Assembly (NCBI GenBank): GCA_029004715.1
Contig: JAQVYX010000002.1
Location: 2,664-66,663, forward strand
DNA length: 64,000 nucleotides
DNA from: Acidaminococcaceae bacterium
GTDB taxonomy: Bacteria; Bacillota; Negativicutes; Acidaminococcales; Acidaminococcaceae
Direction of reading: 5' to 3'
Positions 27,968 to 36,962 of the stretch are shown here, one piece after another. Under the pieces are notes generated by a model. That model was not told the DNA's origin and did not search any database. It worked only from the letters and a program-made list of their open reading frames with translations. The position numbers and the translations under genes were made by a program. Every line of letters begins with the position of its first letter. Within the stretch, counting starts at the first letter, position 1.

Positions 27968-29626
27968 TAAAAATTCTTTAAATATGGAATGTCCAATAAA
28001 TTCTCTCATGATAGAATTATTTGGGATAGCCTCATCATTGATAGATACTACATGACGCAACATAGATAATAATCTCTCCGCGTCAATATATTCCGGGACG
28101 TCATGAGGAATAGCCTGTAACAATGGCTCTGCATATTTTTTGAACACAGCAAATTCATAAATTAGCGTTGTATTGAACATGACATCTGCCTCTTCAGAAA
28201 ATGGGAATATATATTTTTCTTCACCATAGCGTACACTTGGCCATATCTGCAGTGTGCCTAAAGCATCACGTGCTCTGAACTGTGAGTCGCGAACTATACG
28301 GCGCATCAGCCTCATATCAGTAGTTTGAATTCTATTGTAGTCATCAAAAGATAGTGGTGTTAAAGCGCTAATATAAATTTTAATTTTATTATCAGCTTCT
28401 ACAACAGAAGAAAGTTGTTCGTTCAATCCATGAATACCTTCTACAACCAAAACACCATTATCACCTAAATTAGCAACATGTCCTCTAAATTCACGGACAC
28501 CTGTTCCGAAATTATAATGAGGTATCTTAACAGTCTCTCCCGCCAAAAGTCTTTGCAAATGGTCATTAAAAAGCTCTAAATCTAATGCTCCAAGGCATTC
28601 AAAATCATACTCACCATTGGGTTTGCGTGGTGTATACTTACGTTCTTTGAAATAATTGTCCAAAGACAAGGGTATAGGTTTTAAACCATTAACACGCATT
28701 TGTACACTAAGACGCTGAGCAAAAGTTGTTTTCCCTGATGATGATGGTCCGGCAATAAGGATTAGCCTGATGTGACTACCTGTATCAGCAATTTTGTCTG
28801 CAATTTTCGCTATCTTTTTTTCATGTAAAGCTTCCGCAATTTGAATAATCTCTCTATCTTTGCCAGCCTTTATAAATTGATTTAAGGACGCTACAGTAGG
28901 GCAGCCTATAGTTTTACCCCACTCTTCGGTTTCATCATAAATCAGAGCAAGTTTGGGCTGATCAACAAAAGGCGTTAGTTTGTCATAGTTTTCTTTGTTA
29001 GGGTAGCACAGCATAATACCTTTTTTATAATTTAACAAATCGAAAGCTCGCAAATATCCTAAATTTGGAAGCATTGGTCCGAAAAAATACTTTTTTTCAT
29101 TTTGCAAGCCATAAATAGCTACAAAATAATCATTGTTCAAAGCGGCAAGTAAAGGTGCCATATCATCATAAAACCTTGGATTTAATAATTTTTTTGCTTC
29201 CTCCTTGGAAATTCTTGTATAAATAATTGGTTCTTTTTCAGCAATCATTTTTTGCATATATCTTGTTATATCCGCTAAGTCATACTTACTAAGATAAATA
29301 CCATTTTTTATATCGCAAAAAAGTGCCTGACCTATGGTATTCTTCACTTCAATTTGGATTTCCGGACGAGTTTGGTGCAGCGCTACCAAAAATGTATATA
29401 AAAGGCTACGCACATAAACATTGTAGCCTTCCGTACTATTCATTTCAATAAACCCTACGCGGCAATCTTTGGTTAAGTGCTTTTGTAAATCCTTGCCCTC
29501 ACCATCTACTATTCCCTCAACAATAGGCGTCTCATACATGTGTTGAAAGTTGGCAGACACTTCTAATAAAGTTGTGCCTTTTTCATATTGTTTTATCTGA
29601 CCATCCGGACAAGTAATCGCGAGCAT
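27965..29626 (-). CDS. Nucleoside (uridine/cytidine) kinase-family protein fused to an N-terminal region resembling ThrRS TGS/SAD domains
   Basis: 553 aa; C-terminal half has P-loop LIAGPSSSGKTTF and PRK/uridine-kinase-like motifs (VLVVEGIHGLN, MRLMRRIVRDSQFR); N-terminal about 280 aa is a separate region. Confidence 0.75.
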   Translation of the reverse strand: MLAITCPDGQIKQYEKGTTLLEVSANFQHMYETPIVEGIVDGEGKDLQKHLTKDCRVGFIEMNSTEGYNVYVRSLLYTFLVALHQTRPEIQIEVKNTIGQALFCDIKNGIYLSKYDLADITRYMQKMIAEKEPIIYTRISKEEAKKLLNPRFYDDMAPLLAALNNDYFVAIYGLQNEKKYFFGPMLPNLGYLRAFDLLNYKKGIMLCYPNKENYDKLTPFVDQPKLALIYDETEEWGKTIGCPTVASLNQFIKAGKDREIIQIAEALHEKKIAKIADKIADTGSHIRLILIAGPSSSGKTTFAQRLSVQMRVNGLKPIPLSLDNYFKERKYTPRKPNGEYDFECLGALDLELFNDHLQRLLAGETVKIPHYNFGTGVREFRGHVANLGDNGVLVVEGIHGLNEQLSSVVEADNKIKIYISALTPLSFDDYNRIQTTDMRLMRRIVRDSQFRARDALGTLQIWPSVRYGEEKYIFPFSEEADVMFNTTLIYEFAVFKKYAEPLLQAIPHDVPEYIDAERLLSMLRHVVSINDEAIPNNSIMREFIGHSIFKEFL

Positions 29627-29710
29627 AGCTACCTCCCCATAGTTTTAAAGCACTTGTTCTCCTGCAACAAACTTTCCTCTATCTATTGCCACTAAAAAAT
29701 ATATGTTGGT

Positions 29711-30958
29711 TTATTCTCCAACCGCATCCATAGCCGCTTTAATTTTAACAGGCATACCCGCAATTTTTTTCAAAGGTACTGCGCATAAAGCTACTCTTAC
29801 TCCTGCTGCCAAGGGCACTGCATAAATATTATAGTCGTGCAATTTGTCACAAATAGCTTTAGGATTTTTGGCCGGAATAGAAAGAAAGAACCCAGCAATA
29901 TACGGTAACATCTTTAAGCCACATTCTTGTGCCTCTTTAGTAAATAAATCAGCACGCGCTTTAATCATTTTATAGTAAATATCTCTTTCGTTTTCTACCG
30001 CGCTTAAAAGTCCTTTATCATTGTAAACCAACGCCAAGGTTTTCATGGCAGGCCTATTAATATTAGACCAGGTAGCACGACTGGTATATTGATTTATATC
30101 GGCAAATTCCTGAATTACATCAGCATTAGAGGAAACCCCTATCATAGCGCCAGTTCTTTGACCATACATAGTAAAGCCTTTAGACATACTGTAAGCAACA
30201 ATAGTAAGAATGTTTTCCGGAAGATTAGAAATCTTTTTAAAGCACTTTCTTACCTCTTCTTTTTCACCGGCATAATCAATATAGGCAATATCTAATAATA
30301 AAATTGCTTTTTTCCCGTTGCCTTCCGTAGCTTCTTTTAGACAAGTAATAACACCTTCTATGTCCTCATCGCTCAAACTATAGCCAGTTGGATTATGAGC
30401 TGGGGTGTTAATAATTAGCAGCAGGCTGTCTTGCTTTGCAAAAATTTCCTTGACCTTTGTTTGCAATGCCGGTAAATTATATTTGTTATCAGCATCTAAC
30501 ATTTGGTAAGTTGCTAAAGTACGTCCCATATCTTTGCATAGTACATTATATGGACCCCAATACCAATCAGAGGTAAGTACTGTATCTCCAGCATCCGTAT
30601 AATTCCAGATTGCATGATGAATAACCCCTGTACCACCAGCAGTAGCAACTGCTGCCAAATAACCCTCAGGTCTAGAATTTCCAAAAGCAGCAGTAAGCAC
30701 TGCCTCTAAATAATCAGGCAATCCTGAGATTGGCGCATAAGCAATCAACTCATTAGTTTGCAAACTGCGTAATACTTTCTCTACTGTTGGCAAACAAACC
30801 AGCTTTCCCTCTTCATCCAAAATAGCTCCGATAGTTGCATTAGTTACCTTATCAGAACCAATTTCAGCTTCCTTTGCCACTGCCGCCATACTTGCAGCAA
30901 AAATAATATCATTTGCTGCTTTTCCTTTAGCATGCCTTGCTGCTAAACTTAATTTCAT
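29711..30958 (-). CDS. Class I (AspC/TyrB-like) aspartate/aromatic aminotransferase
   Basis: 415 aa; PLP-lysine motif YSMSKGFTMYGQRTG; NTPAHNPTG motif. Confidence 0.9.
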   Translation of the reverse strand: MKLSLAARHAKGKAANDIIFAASMAAVAKEAEIGSDKVTNATIGAILDEEGKLVCLPTVEKVLRSLQTNELIAYAPISGLPDYLEAVLTAAFGNSRPEGYLAAVATAGGTGVIHHAIWNYTDAGDTVLTSDWYWGPYNVLCKDMGRTLATYQMLDADNKYNLPALQTKVKEIFAKQDSLLLIINTPAHNPTGYSLSDEDIEGVITCLKEATEGNGKKAILLLDIAYIDYAGEKEEVRKCFKKISNLPENILTIVAYSMSKGFTMYGQRTGAMIGVSSNADVIQEFADINQYTSRATWSNINRPAMKTLALVYNDKGLLSAVENERDIYYKMIKARADLFTKEAQECGLKMLPYIAGFFLSIPAKNPKAICDKLHDYNIYAVPLAAGVRVALCAVPLKKIAGMPVKIKAAMDAVGE

Positions 30959-31055
30959 AATAATTCCTCCCTATAATTTTTAGTATATTAATATTATTGC
31001 ATCTAATAATGCATTGGTCAATATTGGCTTGTATACTAAACTTGTTGTATTGCTA

Positions 31056-33425
31056 TTATAAATAAACTATAGTAGCACCGGCGCCACCTTCATTGTTAGG
31101 TGCCATTTCTATACGGCGAACCGCGCTATGTTTTTTTAAATACTCCGTAAGTCCCACACGCAGCATTCCTGTACCTTTTCCATGTATAAGTCTGAAATGT
31201 TCCATGCCCGACAAAAGCGCATCATCTATTGCTTTATCAACATAAGGGATAGCTTCATCCACGGTTTTACCACGCACGTCTATCTCTGTGGTAGTTGTTT
31301 GTGCCTTTTTTACAAACATATCATGTCTCTGGTTGGGAACTCTGCGCATGGTAGATTGCTTAGGTTTTGCTGCTTGGGAGCCCTCGGGGAGTAGCAAGCA
31401 GTTTTTCATAGCTACCGTAGTTCGCATAACACCAACTTGAACTATAACTTGTGCCCCATTTATTTCAGCAATTACTCCTGATTGGCCTAAAGTCTTAAGG
31501 TATACTTTCTTACCCACAGCTGCATTTCCTGCCGCTAAACCTTGTCCTTCCGGAACAGGTTTGCCCTCTAAAGCAAAACTCTTGTTTAGACCTTTCCGCG
31601 CCATTTCAGCCAATTCTTCTACTTTTGCAGTATCTACCAAATTTTTCATAGCACGCAACTCTTTAAGAATAGCACTAGATTCTTTGCGTGAATTGCGATA
31701 AAGAGCATCTGCTTCTTCTCTGGCTTTGCGTAATGTTTCATTGCGACGTTTATCTAAATCCAGCTTTTTTTTCATTAGGTCAGTTTTTAAACGCTCTGCT
31801 TCCAAACGCAAGTTTTCTATTTCGCTATTACGGCGCTGATATTGACGTCTTTCTCCTTCCAAATTTTGCAGAACATTTTCCATATTAGCATGCTCTTGCC
31901 CTATTAGGCTTTCTGCTTGAGCCAAAATACTCTCTGGCAGTCCTAACCGTTTACTAATATAAAAAGCGTTACTGCTTCCTGGAACACCCATAAGTAATTT
32001 GTAAGTTGGCTGCAGGCTAACAGGATCAAACTCTACGCTAGCATTTTCCATTCCGTCATGTTCGTAGGCAAAGGTTTTTAGTTCACTATAGTGTGTAGTA
32101 ATAATAGTCATAACTTTTTTTCCATGCAAATAGTCCAGCATAGCCATAGCTAAAGCCGCACCTTCAGTAGGATCAGTTCCTACACATATTTCATCTACCA
32201 GAACTAAATCACCACTATTAGCCTCTTGAAGGATACTTACCATATTTTTTAAATGCCCTGAAAATGTAGATAGACTTTGTTCAATGCTTTGTTCATCCCC
32301 AATATCTGCGTAAACTCCCCCAAAAACAGGCAACTTAGCAACATGAGCAGGAACAAACATACCTGCCTGTGCCATAAGAGCAAAAAGTCCTACAGTCTTT
32401 AAAGCGACAGTTTTGCCACCTGTATTAGGACCGGTAATGAGCAAAGAATTAAACCCATCTCCCAAATTAATATCTAACGGTACTGCCTTTTCCGGATCCA
32501 ATAATGGATGCTTACCCTGAACTATTTCAATTTTATTTTGCAATAAAAGCATGGGGCGTTGGGCCTTTTGCTTCTTAGCCAAATATGCTTTTGCGCAAAT
32601 TAAATCCAATTTTGCCAGTACTTTTAGCGTAGTATCGAGTTGATCAGATTCCAAAGCTACACTGGCGGACAATTGGCGTAAAATGCGTTCCACTTCTTCT
32701 TTTTCTTCCGAAATGTATTTTTTAATATCATTGTTAAGATTAACAACGGCTAAGGGTTCAATAAACAGCGTAGCACCACTGCCTGATTGGTCATGAACTA
32801 CACCGGGGAAATTAAATTTGTATTCTTGCTTAATAGGTATAACGTACCTATCTTCACGCATAGTTACCAATTGGTCTTGAAAATATTTTTGGTTTTCTGC
32901 AGAATGCAAAATACTATCTAGCTTTTCCTTAACACGTCTTTTGGCTACTAAAATACCCGTGCGCAGCCCAGCCAATTTAGTTGAAGCACTATCTTTTATT
33001 TCACCTTTTTCAGAAATAGCGCTGTTTAATTGTTTTTCCAAACGTGGAAATTCTTGCATAGCATTCGCATAAACAGATAAATTAGGTGCTTGCTGTGCAA
33101 ATTCTAGGAGAAAGTTTTTTATCTGACGCATGGAGGCTGCGGTATTAGCAATAGACATAAGCGTTTCTATGTCAAGAACAGCGCCTACCTTAGCTCGCTT
33201 AGTCCCTTCCGTTATATCTACAGCACCACCAAAAGGAAAACGTCGACCAGATTCCTGCAAGCGCAGGGCCTCTGCGGTCTCTTCTAACATTTTCTTTACT
33301 ACAGCGAATTCATTTTCGCTACGCAATTCTAAAGCTAAATTTTTACCCAAAGATGTAGATGTTTCTTGTGCCAAAGCATCTTTAATTTTGAAAAACTCTA
33401 ATGTTTTTACTGCGAATTTTGCCAT
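31056..33425 (-). CDS. mutS2: Endonuclease MutS2 (MutS ATPase + Smr domain)
   Basis: Walker A ITGPNTGGKT; C-terminal Smr (EIDVRGKTVDEA...FRLIHGKGTGMLR). Start set to ATG 33423-33425 (MAKFAVKTLEF) after AAAGGAG. Confidence 0.93.
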   Translation of the reverse strand: MAKFAVKTLEFFKIKDALAQETSTSLGKNLALELRSENEFAVVKKMLEETAEALRLQESGRRFPFGGAVDITEGTKRAKVGAVLDIETLMSIANTAASMRQIKNFLLEFAQQAPNLSVYANAMQEFPRLEKQLNSAISEKGEIKDSASTKLAGLRTGILVAKRRVKEKLDSILHSAENQKYFQDQLVTMREDRYVIPIKQEYKFNFPGVVHDQSGSGATLFIEPLAVVNLNNDIKKYISEEKEEVERILRQLSASVALESDQLDTTLKVLAKLDLICAKAYLAKKQKAQRPMLLLQNKIEIVQGKHPLLDPEKAVPLDINLGDGFNSLLITGPNTGGKTVALKTVGLFALMAQAGMFVPAHVAKLPVFGGVYADIGDEQSIEQSLSTFSGHLKNMVSILQEANSGDLVLVDEICVGTDPTEGAALAMAMLDYLHGKKVMTIITTHYSELKTFAYEHDGMENASVEFDPVSLQPTYKLLMGVPGSSNAFYISKRLGLPESILAQAESLIGQEHANMENVLQNLEGERRQYQRRNSEIENLRLEAERLKTDLMKKKLDLDKRRNETLRKAREEADALYRNSRKESSAILKELRAMKNLVDTAKVEELAEMARKGLNKSFALEGKPVPEGQGLAAGNAAVGKKVYLKTLGQSGVIAEINGAQVIVQVGVMRTTVAMKNCLLLPEGSQAAKPKQSTMRRVPNQRHDMFVKKAQTTTTEIDVRGKTVDEAIPYVDKAIDDALLSGMEHFRLIHGKGTGMLRVGLTEYLKKHSAVRRIEMAPNNEGGAGATIVYL

Positions 33426-33435
33426 TAGTACTCCT

Positions 33436-35901
33436 TTATAATACTCCCCGGAAATAATGCCCACGAGTGGTATGGGGAAGATTTTCACTAACTACTATAT
33501 CCTTGTTCAAAACTTGCCGATATAAAGTTACTATTTGCTCTGTTTCAATTGGGCTATAACTACGAGCATCAATACGTAGTCTAGTAATCCCGCAAGCCTC
33601 TATTTGTTTTACGCTGGTAACCATAGATAAATCATGTCCATTTAAAATATGCGTACGTCCAAATTGATCATGCTTCAAAGGAAATTCTTCGTTTTTTCTA
33701 TCCTTAAGAAAAGTTTCTTCTTTACAATTGAAAGAACATTTTCCGGTTTGAATATTTCCCACAAAACTACCAGGCACACAATATTCAGATACCATCATTT
33801 CTAAGGGTCCTTGGACCAAACATTCTAACTGTATTGGTGTTTCTTGTGCCAAATGTTCCACTTGCCCCATGGTCAACTCCGGAGACAAAGTCGCCCCCAC
33901 GGCTCCTTCTTGATGCCAAAAAGCTAAACTTTGTCCATTATATTGGTTCAGGCTATAGTCTAACCATAAAGGCAGTTTAGTCTTTTTAGCCATAGGCCAT
34001 AGCCCATTATTAGCAATGATTATTAAATCCGGAGACAATGTTTGCCAATAAGCAAATTGCCTTTCATAATAATTTAGTTGCTTCTCTCCCACAATACGAG
34101 AGGTAGCAATGGCCATTTTACGATTGCCATTTTTTACCATGTGAGCAATTTTTGCATAATCTTCCTTTAATAAGAGCGGCAAAGAATAGGAGTCACCACC
34201 TACTATTAACCAATCAGCTCCTGCCCGCAATGCCGCCATCGCCTTATCTAGGGTATCAACATGCACTGCTAGCTGTGCATGCTTGCTCATAGTATGATTG
34301 TGCATAACCATCAAGGCATCTCTGTGCCAATGTTGTTGCCTACGCTTAGGGGTAAAACCTGCGAGCCTCTTAGCATTTAAAGCTTCAGTAGCCTTGCGTC
34401 TTGCTTCATTAATTTCGCTCATGGGTACCATAACTTCTGCATCACAAATAAGATCTAGTTTAGCCAAAGCATATTCACTTGTCCCTAATCTATCCATTTG
34501 TTTCATGACTGTTTCTTCATTTAAAGCATGTTTGCGAGCTTTTTCTACAATAAATTCTGTAAGGCCACTACCTATATTCCCTTCCTCGTCTTCTAGAACT
34601 ACGGACATAGGTTCCCCTAAATGGGCAGTTACCGTAGCATGTAAAGGGATTCTTTTTTTATTATGCTCTCCATAAAAATTACCGGCAAAAGTCATGAGTT
34701 CATTATCAAAAGTTCGAAAAACCCTATCATTTAATTTAATACCATTGGGCACATCTATCTCTACTTGCTTGCCCACAGCAGCTATTTTCACTTCTTGTCC
34801 TTCACAACGCATTGAAGTTATAGTTGTTCCCACTCGCCCACCTACAGAAACCCAAAATTCCAAGCCATCTCCTAAATGCAATTCCTTTTCTAATTTAATG
34901 GTGGCTTTCTTTTCATTATATTTTATTTGCGTTACACGTCCAACTAAAACTCCCCTGTTATTAGGACGACGATCACTCATCATCTCGCTGCCTTGAGGTT
35001 TTTCTAAATAAGCCGTAGTGAAATCACGATTAAATATTTGTTCAATATTTCTGTTATCCTTCTCGGCTACTTGGTAGTTACCCTCTAAATAGCTATCAAT
35101 GGCCCGACGATAAATATCTGTAACAATAGCCACATATTCCGGTCTCTTCATCCGTCCTTCTATTTTGTAAGACACTACGCCTGTCTCAAGAAGTTGTGGC
35201 AAAATAGACAAAGTATTTAAATCCTTAGGGCTTAGCAAATATTGTCCTGCATCGCCATGCTCTAAAATATTGTGTCCTTCTTTATTTACCAAAATATAGG
35301 GCAAACGGCAAGGTTGCGCGCAACGCCCTCTATTACCACTGCGGCCCCCAATAAGGCTACTCATGAGGCACTGACCGGAATAACATACGCACAAAGCACC
35401 ATGAATAAAAATCTCTATTTCGGTATCTGAAGCTGCGCAAATATTTTTAATATCTTCCAGTGTGCATTCACGGGCTAAAACTGCCCTTTCCATGCCCATT
35501 TCCGCAACAAATTTTACGCCTTCAGAATTTGTTACCGTCATTTGGGTACTGGCATGTAAAGGCAACTCCGGAACAAGCTTTTTAGCTAGATTGACAACTC
35601 CCATATCCTGCACAATAATACCGTCAATTCCTATATTATTGAGAAAAATAAGATATTTACCTAAATCTGCCATTTCACCATCATCCACCAGCGTATTTAC
35701 TGTAACGTAGAGTTTAACTCTATGTAAATGTGCAGTGGTTACAGCTCTTTGCATTTCCTCATCACCAAAATTATCTGCGTATTGCCTAGCGCCAAAATTT
35801 GCTCCGCCCAAATAAACTGCATCAGCACCGGCGTTAACAGCAGCCTCAAATGCTTCCCATGTACCTGCGGGAGCTAATAATTCTATATTTTTTCTTTCCA
35901 T
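33436..35901 (-). CDS. U32-family protein with two tandem U32 modules (annotated peptidases; the family includes Fe-S-dependent hydroxylases)
   Basis: Visible internal duplication: LLAPAGTWEAFEAAVNAGADAVYLGG vs LAVHVDTLDKAMAALRAGADWLIVGG. Cys clusters CVCYSGQC...CAQPC and EYC...GKCSFNC. Start at ATG 35899-35901 after TGGAGGA. Confidence 0.85.
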   Translation of the reverse strand: MERKNIELLAPAGTWEAFEAAVNAGADAVYLGGANFGARQYADNFGDEEMQRAVTTAHLHRVKLYVTVNTLVDDGEMADLGKYLIFLNNIGIDGIIVQDMGVVNLAKKLVPELPLHASTQMTVTNSEGVKFVAEMGMERAVLARECTLEDIKNICAASDTEIEIFIHGALCVCYSGQCLMSSLIGGRSGNRGRCAQPCRLPYILVNKEGHNILEHGDAGQYLLSPKDLNTLSILPQLLETGVVSYKIEGRMKRPEYVAIVTDIYRRAIDSYLEGNYQVAEKDNRNIEQIFNRDFTTAYLEKPQGSEMMSDRRPNNRGVLVGRVTQIKYNEKKATIKLEKELHLGDGLEFWVSVGGRVGTTITSMRCEGQEVKIAAVGKQVEIDVPNGIKLNDRVFRTFDNELMTFAGNFYGEHNKKRIPLHATVTAHLGEPMSVVLEDEEGNIGSGLTEFIVEKARKHALNEETVMKQMDRLGTSEYALAKLDLICDAEVMVPMSEINEARRKATEALNAKRLAGFTPKRRQQHWHRDALMVMHNHTMSKHAQLAVHVDTLDKAMAALRAGADWLIVGGDSYSLPLLLKEDYAKIAHMVKNGNRKMAIATSRIVGEKQLNYYERQFAYWQTLSPDLIIIANNGLWPMAKKTKLPLWLDYSLNQYNGQSLAFWHQEGAVGATLSPELTMGQVEHLAQETPIQLECLVQGPLEMMVSEYCVPGSFVGNIQTGKCSFNCKEETFLKDRKNEEFPLKHDQFGRTHILNGHDLSMVTSVKQIEACGITRLRIDARSYSPIETEQIVTLYRQVLNKDIVVSENLPHTTRGHYFRGVL

Positions 35902-36062
35902 TTTATCCTCCAATATTTCCTTTTTATAAAATACTACTTGTTCCTTCTATAAACTACCATGCTAGCAAGAAAAGACCTTTGCACCCTTCTCTTCAAGATA
36001 AGTTAGCTATTACCAGTACATCTATATTCTAACAAGAAATCAACTGAAATACAAAGCCAAAA

Positions 36063-36094
36063 GAAAAATAGCCACCTAAAGGTGGCTATTTTTC
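36063..36094 (-). terminator. Rho-independent terminator ending the pseudopilus operon
   Basis: atagccacc-tta-ggtggctat stem followed by T5 on the minus strand, 8 nt after the stop of 36102..36953. Confidence 0.8.
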
Positions 36095-36101
36095 CCTTTA
36101 T

Positions 36102-36953
36102 TTACTGCACAAAAAAATCGTATGTCATTGCTTGGTCCGCATTTTGCGCCCAGGGTCTTTTATATTCAAAAACCAGCTTATACTTACCGGGTTTGGTAAA
36201 ACCAAAGAAAAGGATAGTATTGCCTGGCACGCCGGTAACATTTGCACGGGTATTAATTGGTATAAATAAAGAACTTCCCATGCTTACAAACCCATCCGGT
36301 TTATTACTTTCAGACATATACCAATCAAAACCGGTAGAAGGATTGGAAGGCAAATACAAAGAAACCAAGGAACCTACTTGCAAATGTAATGTTTTGCCTT
36401 CGCTAGCCCCTGTTACCTTATAGCCGGTCATAAACCTGGCGCAACTAGCAATATTAAGATACTGCAATATTGAGGTATACGGTAATTTTTCTGAATAAGC
36501 CGCCCCATTTCCTGAAGATAAAAGCAAACCCTCTTCAGAAAAAACGTATGACCTAGAAGCTAGTGTTTTAACAAAAGCATCCTTAAGATAAAAGAAATCT
36601 TTCGTATTACATTCTTTACCGGAAATTATATCAATATTAAGGCCCTTATAAAGGGTTTTATCCCCGGAAGCTTGTAAAACTACGCTAAGCATCGTGGGTC
36701 TATTCAATGTAACCTCATAAGATAATTTTACTTGACCTCCTGCATCTTTCCCTAATTTTTCAGCAGCATCATTCAATAACTCATTGATGCTTTTTTGCAC
36801 ATTAATATCGTGTACCCCATCTATCATAGGTATAGTACCCTGTCGCTTGCCATTGCTTAAAACATTCTCCATAATAGTAGATTGCCCAAAAGCCCACGCA
36901 TTTACCGTGAACAATAATAAAAGCAAAGTTAAAATACATGTCTTTTTCATCAA
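36102..36953 (-). CDS. Secreted two-domain protein: N-terminal DUF4163/DUF3298-like domain + C-terminal chagasin-family (I42) cysteine-peptidase-inhibitor domain
   Basis: Sec signal MMKKTCILTLLLLLFTVNAWA|F. The C-terminal 100 aa carry all three chagasin loop motifs: NPSTGFDW (L2), GVPG (L4), RPW (L6). Confidence 0.75.
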   Translation of the reverse strand: MMKKTCILTLLLLLFTVNAWAFGQSTIMENVLSNGKRQGTIPMIDGVHDINVQKSINELLNDAAEKLGKDAGGQVKLSYEVTLNRPTMLSVVLQASGDKTLYKGLNIDIISGKECNTKDFFYLKDAFVKTLASRSYVFSEEGLLLSSGNGAAYSEKLPYTSILQYLNIASCARFMTGYKVTGASEGKTLHLQVGSLVSLYLPSNPSTGFDWYMSESNKPDGFVSMGSSLFIPINTRANVTGVPGNTILFFGFTKPGKYKLVFEYKRPWAQNADQAMTYDFFVQ

Positions 36954-36962
36954 TGCTGCCTC

